Shown: one piece after another, positions 21,110 to 30,088 of the stretch
Position numbering within the stretch: the first letter of the stretch is position 1
Layout: every line of letters begins with the position of its first letter
Source of the DNA: Candidatus Atelocyanobacterium thalassa isolate ALOHA
GTDB taxonomy: Bacteria; Cyanobacteriota; Cyanobacteriia; Cyanobacteriales; Microcystaceae
Length of the DNA: 32,000 nucleotides
Direction of reading: 5' to 3'
Assembly (NCBI RefSeq): GCF_000025125.1
Contig: NC_013771.1
Location: 180,001-212,000 of the forward strand
Program-made: the position numbers and the translations under genes
Notes under the pieces: model-generated
Told to the model about the DNA's origin: nothing
The model's input: the letters and a program-made list of their open reading frames with translations, nothing else
Database searches by the model: none

Positions 21110-21603
21110 TTTTATTTTTTGATTAGCATAATTGCAAATTTACTAGAAAATAAAGATAAGTTTGTAAGCAAGAGGTTAAACACATCTTTACAAGTTTAAA
21201 TGTTATGTATTTTGATAATAATATTTTACTTAAAGATAAGTCCATTTAGCTATTATTTCTATGTTTTAAAAGCTTATAATTTCATTATTTTTAAAATATT
21301 TTTTACTTTCCATATCAAATATTAAAAAGTAGAGTTACTAGCTTATGACTCTATGGTGAATTGTATTTATTCACCATCTATTTTTAAAACAAATTCTTTT
21401 AATCTTAGAACAAACTCATCTTTTATCTTAGTAAAATAAAAATGAGAAATTCAAATTATTCTTAATAAAATATCAATATATAGAGGACAGTATATAAAGA
21501 GTATTTATATACTATTATGTAATGATTTAAATTCATACTACTTTCTCGTAAATAATAATTACTTAGAATATACTGAATTTTTTAATAAGATAAGTAGCAG
21601 TAT

Positions 21604-22488
21604 TCATTCCTCTAAATCTAAAGAATATATCTGGCCATCCATAAAAATACGAGTTATTCCTTTAGCTTGTAAATAAGCACAGGTTTTATATAAAAGACGG
21701 CTGTCAGGAATCTTAATGACTCTTTGAGAACGATTAGAAAATCTACGGGCAAAACGATGATTATCAAATATTGGTAGAGTGTTCTGCTGTATCTCACTAA
21801 TTGGAATTTGTCCTAGATGAGCAAATTCTTTTAATGGTCGCGCAATTAGCTCTGCAGAACGGTCTATGACAAGATAACAAGTTCTTGGGAGTATTGCATC
21901 AGAAAAAGGTAAAACGCAGATATTACCACTAGTAGACAAAGACTCATCATAATTTTTATCATCTTCGTTACTATCCTCATCTTCTTCATCCCAATCTTCA
22001 TAATTGCTCTCAATATCTTCTCCTAGCATTTCTCCTAAAGCCATAACATCTACATCTTCCAATTCATCATCATCTTCTTCTATTAATTCTGTTTCTTTTG
22101 AAGATAGTAGCAAAGTTGGAATATGTTTTACGGTTATTGGCTTAGGTTTACTTAATAACTCATCAGGTGTTTTTTCTGATAAAGATTCAGTAATACGAAT
22201 ATTTTCATTATTCTTTTTAGATTCAGAAAATGATTTTAAAGTGTCTAAATTACTTTTTTTTATCTTTTCTGTGTCATTATTATTTTGAATCTTATTAGTT
22301 CTTGCCAATCGTTTTTGCTGAATTAATTCTTCATACTCTATATCTGATAGTGTATTTTTCAGAAAGCGACTAATAGTAGAACTACTTACACCATAACGAT
22401 GAGCTAAGGTAGAGGTAGTTTCTGAAGTTTGACGATAAAGGTTAAGAATCTCTTGCTTATCATCATCGATTAATTTTTTAGGACTCAT
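21604..22488 (-). CDS. Helix-turn-helix protein with acidic low-complexity linker and a conserved-looking C-terminal domain; function unknown
   Basis: 294 aa. The N-terminus ILNLYRQTSETTSTLAHRYGVSSSTISRFLK is a classic short HTH. The centre is D/E-rich (EEDDDELEDVD...DWDEEDEDSNEDD). The C-terminal ~110 aa is non-repetitive (CYLVIDRSAELIARPLKEF...). Confidence 0.6.
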   Translation of the reverse strand: MSPKKLIDDDKQEILNLYRQTSETTSTLAHRYGVSSSTISRFLKNTLSDIEYEELIQQKRLARTNKIQNNNDTEKIKKSNLDTLKSFSESKKNNENIRITESLSEKTPDELLSKPKPITVKHIPTLLLSSKETELIEEDDDELEDVDVMALGEMLGEDIESNYEDWDEEDEDSNEDDKNYDESLSTSGNICVLPFSDAILPRTCYLVIDRSAELIARPLKEFAHLGQIPISEIQQNTLPIFDNHRFARRFSNRSQRVIKIPDSRLLYKTCAYLQAKGITRIFMDGQIYSLDLEE

Positions 22489-22512
22489 GGTATTATGCCT
22501 ATTCTTGTCAGT

Positions 22513-22541
22513 TTGACTCTATACTAATATTTTTATAATAT
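22513..22541 (+). promoter_or_regulatory. Candidate sigma70-type promoter for carA
   Basis: TTGACT (22513-22518), 17-nt spacer, TAATAT (22536-22541), about 140 nt upstream of the carA ATG. In AT-rich DNA such matches arise by chance, hence the low confidence. Confidence 0.25.
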
Positions 22542-22683
22542 TTGTTAAGATTGCCTCCTAGTAATCTAGGAATAAGTATGTCTCGACAAATAGGCAAAAT
22601 ACTAGGATTATACTAATTCTCTAATCTAGTTTATCGTCAATTGCTAAGTTTCATCCTTTTTAGATATTAAAAACTTAATTATT

Positions 22684-23844
22684 ATGAACATAATGAAAGG
22701 AGAACCCGCTTTATTAGTACTAGCCGATGGTACATTTTTTGAAGGTTTATCATTTGGTGCGAAAGGTACGGTCATGGGAGAAGTCGTATTTAATACAGGG
22801 ATGACAGGATATCAAGAAGTTTTAACAGATCCAAGCTACTATGGTCAAATTGTAAATTTTACATGTCCTGAATTAGGTAATACAGGAATAAATGATGACG
22901 ATCAAGAATCTGACAGACCCCATGTTTTTGGTGTCATTGCTAAAAATATTACATATCGCCCAAGTAATTGGCGTTCAACAGAGTCTCTGCCAGATTATTT
23001 AATTCGTCATGGAATTGTAAGTATTTATGGAATTGATACTAGACAGTTAACTCGTAAAATTAGAGCTATGGGGGCAATGAATGGAATTATTTCCACAGAA
23101 ATATTAGATAAAGAAACTTTAATATCTAAGCTAAAATCAGCTCCTCCGATGGAAGGGCTAAATCTAGTTAAAAAAGTTACTACTAATAAAATTTACCAGT
23201 GGTCAATTGCTACTAATGAAAAATGGGAATTCGTTGACCATCATAGTCAAACTGTTAAGGATTTGTTAACTGTCATAGTAGTTGACTTTGGAATTAAACG
23301 AAATATTTTAAAACGTTTGGTCAGCTACGGATGTAAGGTTATTGTTGTTCCTGTTGATACAGAACTTAACAGTATTTTAAATTATGACCCTGATGGTATT
23401 TTTCTTTCTAACGGTCCTGGTGATCCAGCTTCAGTTAGCGAAGGTATAAATCTTGTAAAATTGCTTATTGGCACTGAAATACCTATTTTTGGTATTTGTA
23501 TGGGACACCAGATTTTAAGTCTAGCCTTGGGAGGTAGCACTTTCAAATTAAGATTTGGCCATCGTGGACTAAATCAACCTTGTGGACTAAGCAACAAGAT
23601 AGAAATCACAAGTCAAAACCATGGATTTGCAGTATCTGAAGAATCATTAAATGAAACAATTGAAATTAGTCATTTCAATTTAAATGATCAAACTATAGCT
23701 GGAATATGCCATAAAAAGTTACCTTTCTTTTCTGTGCAATATCACCCAGAAGCAAGTCCAGGACCGCATGATGCCGACTATCTGTTTGTAAAATTTATCA
23801 ATTTTATGCAGCAATACAGAATAAAATCTAATAAATCGTCCTAG
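22684..23844 (+). CDS. carA: Carbamoyl-phosphate synthase small (glutaminase) subunit
   Basis: 386 aa with [13 protein letters not shown], catalytic GICMGHQ and [10 protein letters not shown]. The start may be the ATG at 22693. Confidence 0.95.
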   Translation: MNIMKGEPALLVLADGTFFEGLSFGAKGTVMGEVVFNTGMTGYQEVLTDPSYYGQIVNFTCPELGNTGINDDDQESDRPHVFGVIAKNITYRPSNWRSTESLPDYLIRHGIVSIYGIDTRQLTRKIRAMGAMNGIISTEILDKETLISKLKSAPPMEGLNLVKKVTTNKIYQWSIATNEKWEFVDHHSQTVKDLLTVIVVDFGIKRNILKRLVSYGCKVIVVPVDTELNSILNYDPDGIFLSNGPGDPASVSEGINLVKLLIGTEIPIFGICMGHQILSLALGGSTFKLRFGHRGLNQPCGLSNKIEITSQNHGFAVSEESLNETIEISHFNLNDQTIAGICHKKLPFFSVQYHPEASPGPHDADYLFVKFINFMQQYRIKSNKSS

Positions 23845-24410
23845 CCATCTATCAAAAATACTTTATTGTTACACCAAAATTTTAATATTCTATTTAGAAT
23901 TAAAAAATTAAAAATTATTGCCTTGAATTGCAAAAATATATTAAGTTTATTATTTTGCAAATATAAACTTAATATAGAAATAGCAATTAAGTTAAGGAAC
24001 TTTACAGCAAAAATGCTTAGAATTAATAAACGATTGAATAAATAAGAATATTAAAGAATAAGATTTAGATTTAATACTTTTGCTGATAATTTTTACTTTA
24101 AATGAAATATAACCAGATAGGTTACAGATTTCTAAACTATAATTAAGTTTTAATCTTCTGGAATAGCTGTTTTTAACATTAAATGAAATCAAAACACTTT
24201 TGACCAATATTATAAAGTTATTATTTATGCTGTAAAATAATTATGCTAATACCTTTAATGCTTAATCATAAAAAATATAATGTTTTATAATTTCAAATTA
24301 AGCAATTAAGCTTATAGAGATTCTATATACTTTATGAAACAAATTTAGGAAAAAGTTAAAGACATGAACTTTTATCGTTCTTTCCTTCCACCTTATCTGA
24401 ATATTACCCT

Positions 24411-25298
24411 ATGCCCTGGACTAGAACTATAACAGCTATTATTGGTATCTTTTTTGCTTTAGGAATATTAATTATTGGCAAGTGGCTCTTTACTATTGGA
24501 CTATGTTTGATAGTTTTTTTAGGACAATTAGAATATTTTCAGTTAGTTAGAGCTAAAGGAATTATTCCTGCCACTAAAACAACTTTAATCGTATCCCAAA
24601 TTTTATTGATCACAGCAGCTATCGCGCCACATTTTACGGATGCTTTATTTGCTTTAGCAGGTACATTAATTTGCTTTTATCTCCTATTTCAGCCTAAATT
24701 AGCTAGTATTGCCGATATTTCTACTTCTATTTTAGGCTTGTTTTATGGAGGATATTTACCTAGTTACTGGCTAAGATTAAGAGTTGGTTTTGACAGCACT
24801 ATTACAAATATTAATGTTGAAAATAATGATTTATTTCTTCAAAAATATTTGCCTAATCTATGGACAAAATCTCAATTCCTTTCTCCCGCATTAACTGTTA
24901 CTTGTTTAGCTTTCAGTTGTATTTGGGCCGCTGATATTGGAGCTTATGTTATGGGTAAATCATTTGGTAAAACTCGTTTGTCCAATATTAGTCCTAAAAA
25001 AACTGTTGAAGGTGCAATAGCTGGATTAATAGGAAGTATAATAGTTGCAGAAATTGGTGCCTGGTATCTTAAGTGGCCTTATTGCTACTTAACTGGTATG
25101 ATTCTAGGGATATTAATTGGGATTGTGAGTCTTCTAGGGGATTTAACCGAATCTATGATGAAAAGAGATGCAGGCGTAAAAGATTCAGGTAAATTAATTC
25201 CTGGCCATGGTGGAATTTTAGATAGGACAGATAGTTATGTATTTACAGCTCCTCTAGTATATTATTTTGTAACGCTTTTCTTACCGTTGTTGAGATAG
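24411..25298 (+). CDS. cdsA: Phosphatidate cytidylyltransferase (CDP-diglyceride synthase)
   Basis: 295 aa, polytopic membrane protein with the C-terminal signature ESMMKRDAGVKDSGKLIPGHGGILDRTDS. Confidence 0.9.
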   Translation: MPWTRTITAIIGIFFALGILIIGKWLFTIGLCLIVFLGQLEYFQLVRAKGIIPATKTTLIVSQILLITAAIAPHFTDALFALAGTLICFYLLFQPKLASIADISTSILGLFYGGYLPSYWLRLRVGFDSTITNINVENNDLFLQKYLPNLWTKSQFLSPALTVTCLAFSCIWAADIGAYVMGKSFGKTRLSNISPKKTVEGAIAGLIGSIIVAEIGAWYLKWPYCYLTGMILGILIGIVSLLGDLTESMMKRDAGVKDSGKLIPGHGGILDRTDSYVFTAPLVYYFVTLFLPLLR

Positions 25299-25381
25299 AA
25301 GATCTAATTATATATAAATAATTTCTATTTCATCGAAGTATAATAATTTTGTTTCAAATCTAGATTGTTTAAATAAAAAAC

Positions 25382-25645
25382 ATGAAATTTAATTTTATAA
25401 ATTGGTTGAATTATTTATTAGTAGCAAATATATTTTTAATTTTTTTAGGATTCGCCTGGTTTTCAATAGCTGTAATAGGTAATTTATTCAACCTAACCTT
25501 AGGTTTAAAATTATGGTATAGATTATGGAATGTATTGTTTCAACCAGCTATTGGTATTTTATTTATTAGTATTCTAATTAACTGGTTAACTCAAAAATTT
25601 TTCATCCTTTTTCGCACCTTATCCTCTAAGGGGAAAAACTCATAG
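25382..25645 (+). CDS. Hypothetical small membrane protein
   Basis: 87-aa ORF with two or three clear hydrophobic segments (LLVANIFLIFLGFAWFSIAVIG; AIGILFISILINWL). It is co-directional with cdsA and rpe. No family recognised. Confidence 0.45.
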   Translation: MKFNFINWLNYLLVANIFLIFLGFAWFSIAVIGNLFNLTLGLKLWYRLWNVLFQPAIGILFISILINWLTQKFFILFRTLSSKGKNS

Positions 25646-25771
25646 GTACACATTATCTTACAATAAAAGGTTATTTATTATGATTTATTAAAAACATAAT
25701 TAATCTTGATAAGAATCAGATAGATTGTTTAATATCATCACCATAAAAACTTACATAAAACTACTATTCTC

Positions 25772-26458
25772 ATGAGCCAATTTAATAAACCTATAGTTAT
25801 TTCTCCTTCTATTCTCTCAGCCGATTTTAGCTGTTTAAGAGAGGAAATCGAATTGGTTGACAAGGCAGGCGCAGATTGGATACATATAGATGTTATGGAT
25901 GGCCGCTTTGTCCCAAATATCACTATTGGTCCACTAGTAGTTGAAGCGATTCGTCCTTATACTAAAAAACCATTAGATGTTCATTTAATGATTGTAGAAC
26001 CTGAAAAATATATTACTGACTTTGTAAACGCAGGAGCAGATATAATTTCTATACATGCAGAGAATAATGCATCTCTTCATTTACATCGAACTCTTGGACA
26101 AATTAAAGAACTAGGTAAAAAAGCTGGAGTTGTTCTTAATCCTGCTACTCCTTTAACATCTATTGAACATGTTTTAGAAATATGTGACTTGATCTTAATA
26201 ATGAGTGTTAATCCTGGCTTTGGAGGACAAAGTTTTATTCCTACCATGCTAGACAAGATTTATCAATTGCGTCAAATATGTAATAAAAAGGGATTAGACC
26301 CTTGGATTGAGGTAGATGGAGGATTAAAGCCAGAAAACACCTGGAAAGTTATAGAAGCTGGTGCTAATTCTATCGTAGCCGGATCCGCTATATTTAAATC
26401 TGCAAATTATGCAGAAGCTATTAGAGGAATCCGGGAAAGTAAATCCTCTATACAATAA
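25772..26458 (+). CDS. rpe: Ribulose-phosphate 3-epimerase
   Basis: 228 aa with [34 protein letters not shown] and VDGG. Confidence 0.95.
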   Translation: MSQFNKPIVISPSILSADFSCLREEIELVDKAGADWIHIDVMDGRFVPNITIGPLVVEAIRPYTKKPLDVHLMIVEPEKYITDFVNAGADIISIHAENNASLHLHRTLGQIKELGKKAGVVLNPATPLTSIEHVLEICDLILIMSVNPGFGGQSFIPTMLDKIYQLRQICNKKGLDPWIEVDGGLKPENTWKVIEAGANSIVAGSAIFKSANYAEAIRGIRESKSSIQ

Positions 26459-26596
26459 AAATAAGTTCATTGTTTTCTACAATATTTACCAAATTATTCT
26501 TTAAAAACGATATTTGTGAAATCAACATAGATATTACGGAGAAGATGATTAAATAATATTCAATCATTATTTGCTTTTAGACTTAATATATAATTC

Positions 26597-26622
26597 AGGG
26601 CATAGTTAAGTTATTATGCCCT
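26597..26622 (-). terminator. GC-containing hairpin in the convergent rpe / dprA-like spacer
   Basis: agggcata (26597-26604) pairs with tatgccct (26615-26622) around a 10-nt loop. It starts 5 nt past the stop of the minus-strand gene. There is no strong U-tract on either strand. Confidence 0.4.
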
Positions 26623-26627
26623 CTTAA

Positions 26628-27131
26628 TTAGTCGAAATAAAAAAGTGTAACTAGTTTTCTTTGCTCTTCTGCTTCCTCACAGGTTTGTAGTAGAGTATGA
26701 CTATCATGAAAAGCAAAACAAATGAGCTGTTGGCATCGAGATATTATCTCTCGATTACATAAAGCACTAGCTTCTCCTAAAGATAAACTATCGTTATTAG
26801 GATTTTCTACTAAATGAATTACTCTTTCTAGTTGTTTTTTTGATTCTCTGGGTTGCTTGTTCAAGCTTTGAGGCAATATCACAGTGAGAAGACTTGGATC
26901 TGCTCTCATTGCCCCTTTAATAGCCGCTGCATTAGTTCCGGTAGCGCCTGATGTCATTAAACGATTTCCGCCCAATACTAAAGCGTAACTCATCATTTCA
27001 ATTAATTGTTGATGAGTAATAGGTACATGGCGCGAACCTAATAAAGCAATTCTTTTAGAACCCGTTTGCTGTATTGCAGCAAGTTCCTGCGCCAAAGTAT
27101 CTAAGGTAAGAATATCAAGTGGTTGACTCAA
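26628..27131 (-). CDS. Stand-alone DprA/SLOG-like Rossmann-fold protein
   Basis: 167 aa. IALLGSRHVP...LVLGGNRLMTSGATGTNAAAIKGA resembles the DprA (Smf) nucleotide-binding core. It is far shorter than canonical DprA. Confidence 0.6.
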   Translation of the reverse strand: MSQPLDILTLDTLAQELAAIQQTGSKRIALLGSRHVPITHQQLIEMMSYALVLGGNRLMTSGATGTNAAAIKGAMRADPSLLTVILPQSLNKQPRESKKQLERVIHLVENPNNDSLSLGEASALCNREIISRCQQLICFAFHDSHTLLQTCEEAEEQRKLVTLFYFD

Positions 27132-27424
27132 AGATCCTCTTCTATATTAAATAAACGTACGCCATCTTAACAAAAGTTTCTTGATTGTGGCATGGACTTT
27201 ATGGTTTTTCATAATTTAATTTTTACTAATTAAATCATGAAAAACATCGTATCAAATCTAAAAAGATAAGTTTTTTTGAAGATTTTTTATAACTGTATCA
27301 CAGATATACAAGAGGAAAACGAGGAATAATTTTTTCTTCTTGAAGTAATTTTTAATGTGAAACAGGAATTTCAAATTTAAAAGCTTCAAACCATTTCTTA
27401 AAAGTAATATTGCTTATCTTTAAT

Positions 27425-28525
27425 TTACATAGGTAACAAGGAGATTTCTTTCTTTTTATGTGTTTTGAAAGAAATTACTGGAAAGACTTGGGGAGAATGA
27501 GGTGTGATAGCTAATTTAACTCTTGTACCAATAAGCAGTTGAGTTTGTAAAGATGTTCTTGCTTGAATTTGGCATCCAGAAGGGGTTTTGAGACAATAAC
27601 AATATTCTCTACCTAAAAATTGACGATCGCAAATTACAATTTCACCTGTATCATCTGGATGTAGCATAATATCTTCTTGTCTGACCATCAAGTCTCCTTC
27701 TGCAATATTCTCAAAACTTGAAGGAGCTTCCCATTGACCTATCTCTGTTATCCAAAATTTTCCTTTCCGTTTGGCCGGAATAAAATTAGCTTGAGTAACA
27801 AATTCTGCGACAAAGCGTGATGAAGGATGAGTATAAACTTCTTCAGGAGTTCCAAATTGTTCAATTTTTCCGTAAGACATAACTCCTATTTTGTCGGATA
27901 TTGCTAAAGCCTCTTCTTGATCGTGAGTAACAAAAATTGCTGTGATACCTGTTCCTTTTAAAACATGGCGAATTTCATGTCTTAACTGTAAACGAACTTG
28001 CACGTCAAGATTACTTAATGGCTCATCCAGCAGGATTAATGAAGGTTTCGGAGCCAAGGCCCTAGCTAAAGCTACCCTTTGTTGTTGTCCACCTGAGAGT
28101 TGATGTGGATAACGCTTTTCAAGCCCCTCTAGACCTACTAAAGCTAAGGCTTCACTGATACGTTGTTTCACTTCATTTCTGCTTAATTTTTTCTTTTTTA
28201 AACCAAAAGAGATATTGTTAGCGATATTTAAGTGAGGAAATAGTGCATAGTCTTGAAAAACCATACCTGTATTTCTATATTCGGGAGGTATTACTTCATA
28301 AGGACTAGCTATTATATTTCCTGCTAATTCTATAGTTCCAACAGAAGGTTGCTCAAAACCTGCGATTAAGCGCAAAAGTGTAGTTTTTCCGCATCCTGAG
28401 GGACCAAGCAATCCCAGAATTTCTCCTTGCATCAACTTAAAGCTAACCTGATCAATAGCTACCGTTGTATGATTAAGAAACCGTTTAACGATTTGATCAA
28501 CTTGAAGGATAATAGAATCTGTCAT
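27425..28525 (-). CDS. ABC transporter ATP-binding protein, FbpC/PotA/CysA-like importer ATPase with C-terminal regulatory (TOBE-like) domain
   Basis: 366 aa. Walker A GPSGCGKTT, signature LSGGQQQRVALARAL, Walker B LILLDEPLS, H-loop VTHDQEEA. No permease or binding-protein gene is adjacent. Confidence 0.9.
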   Translation of the reverse strand: MTDSIILQVDQIVKRFLNHTTVAIDQVSFKLMQGEILGLLGPSGCGKTTLLRLIAGFEQPSVGTIELAGNIIASPYEVIPPEYRNTGMVFQDYALFPHLNIANNISFGLKKKKLSRNEVKQRISEALALVGLEGLEKRYPHQLSGGQQQRVALARALAPKPSLILLDEPLSNLDVQVRLQLRHEIRHVLKGTGITAIFVTHDQEEALAISDKIGVMSYGKIEQFGTPEEVYTHPSSRFVAEFVTQANFIPAKRKGKFWITEIGQWEAPSSFENIAEGDLMVRQEDIMLHPDDTGEIVICDRQFLGREYCYCLKTPSGCQIQARTSLQTQLLIGTRVKLAITPHSPQVFPVISFKTHKKKEISLLPM

Positions 28526-28769
28526 AACTAAGGGGCTTTAATGATAAGTTAGAATTTTTAGTTGGAAATTATTTTAGGTTTCAAAGGTAAATGAGAGAAG
28601 CCCTGATAAAGATTTACTCTTGTTTTTAGAAGATCATTTAAGTTATCTTCTTAAGTATTCAACTTGGACTAGCATCCAATAAGTACCCTTAACCTGTTAC
28701 ATAATAACATTTCTCCAATTTTTTAAATAAAAAATTCACAAGAATGAATAATATTTTAGTTTGAAACTT

Positions 28770-29483
28770 ATGTATAAAAAGAATAATTTTTTAGATTGTT
28801 GGTTCGATACACTTCTTGTGCCGCAAGGAGCAGAATATCAAGCAGTTCTTCAAGGAATCAAAAAGAATCCTAATACCATAAATATTAAGTCTATTCCAGC
28901 AGGAGTAAAAGCTGTTACCGAATTTTTAGAAAAGTGGGAACAAAACCCTTATTTTCTAAAGGAACTGCCTAAAACTATTATGATGATAGGTTTAGGTGGA
29001 AGCTTATCCCCCAAACATTCAATAGGGGACATAATAATATATGAAGAGTGTACTTCGCTAGAATCCAAAACTAATGAATGTAGACAATGTGATCCTTTCC
29101 TAAGTAAGTTAGTGATTGAAAAACTAAAAGGCAAGTGTACTTTTGGAAAAGGTATAACAGGTCAGTATGTTATGTCATCAGCAAAAGAAAAACAAGTTTT
29201 GGGGAAAATATATAAAGCTGATGTAATTGATATGGAAGGAATAGCTTTATTAAACTGGAGTCGGAAATGGAATATCTCAGTTATTGTGATAAGAGTTATT
29301 AGTGATAATTGCCAGCAAGATTTACCAGATTTACGTGATGTTTTTGGAGTTGATGGAAAGTTACAATATTTTTATTTAGCCTACCAAATGATTAAAAAAC
29401 CATTATCCTCTATTCATCTAATATATAGTTCTTTAAAAAGTTTAAATGTTTTAAAAGAAACTATAAGGCAATTAATATTCTAA
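28770..29483 (+). CDS. Nucleoside phosphorylase superfamily (PNP/UDP-1-like) protein
   Basis: About 237 aa from ATG 28770 (the track start 28761 is a TTG). LLVPQGAEYQAV, IGLGGSL, DMEG and VIRVISD are arranged as in MTA/SAH-nucleosidase-like phosphorylases. Confidence 0.6.
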   Translation: MYKKNNFLDCWFDTLLVPQGAEYQAVLQGIKKNPNTINIKSIPAGVKAVTEFLEKWEQNPYFLKELPKTIMMIGLGGSLSPKHSIGDIIIYEECTSLESKTNECRQCDPFLSKLVIEKLKGKCTFGKGITGQYVMSSAKEKQVLGKIYKADVIDMEGIALLNWSRKWNISVIVIRVISDNCQQDLPDLRDVFGVDGKLQYFYLAYQMIKKPLSSIHLIYSSLKSLNVLKETIRQLIF

Positions 29484-29589
29484 ATAATATTCCAACAATT
29501 TTTTAGCTAATGCTAATTATATATAAAATATTTTAAATTAAGTAATAAGTAATAATTTCTCTTACCACTTACTACTTATCGATATTCTC

Positions 29590-30039
29590 CTAGATATCTC
29601 CCCTTATTTCTTCAATTACACCATCGCGAATAACAATTTCTATATTAAGTTTTTGAATTAAATTATCTCCTTTCCTAACTTGAAAAAAGTTTTCTATTTG
29701 TCCTTGAACTACTTCTTGATCTAATTCGACAACCTGAACTTGTTGAATTTGCTGCAAAAATTGATTTTTTTGCTCTAATATTTCACTTTTTTTATGATTA
29801 GCTTGAAGACTTACGTTATCAATTTGTTGATTAATTTGAGGACTAGAAGAAGAAATATTTTGTTTCTGAAGTTCAGCAACTGCTCTTTTTTCTTGCATTT
29901 CTATTTGTTGTATTTGATTGTCAAGTTGATTTATTTGTGATTGCAATTGTTGTTGCATTTCCTCTTTCCAACGAGCAGTCACGATAACTTTCAGGTTAAC
30001 TGGTCTTTTGAGCAGTAAGCTGGTATTTATTTCATCCAT
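29590..30039 (-). CDS. YlqD-like coiled-coil protein
   Basis: 149 aa. N-terminus LLLKRPVNLKVIVTARWKEE, then a Q-rich coiled-coil region and a C-terminal beta-rich segment. This matches my memory of cyanobacterial YlqD-family proteins. Confidence 0.5.
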   Translation of the reverse strand: MDEINTSLLLKRPVNLKVIVTARWKEEMQQQLQSQINQLDNQIQQIEMQEKRAVAELQKQNISSSSPQINQQIDNVSLQANHKKSEILEQKNQFLQQIQQVQVVELDQEVVQGQIENFFQVRKGDNLIQKLNIEIVIRDGVIEEIRGDI

Positions 30040-30088
30040 AAGTTGTATTGGTTTTTATTTTAATGTTCTATATTTTGGAAACAAATCA

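Noticed and set aside
23992-24207. 71-aa minus-strand ORF in the carA / cdsA spacer
   Set aside because: The composition (K, S, I, N, F runs) is that of translated AT-rich spacer. There is no motif and no sensible operon context.
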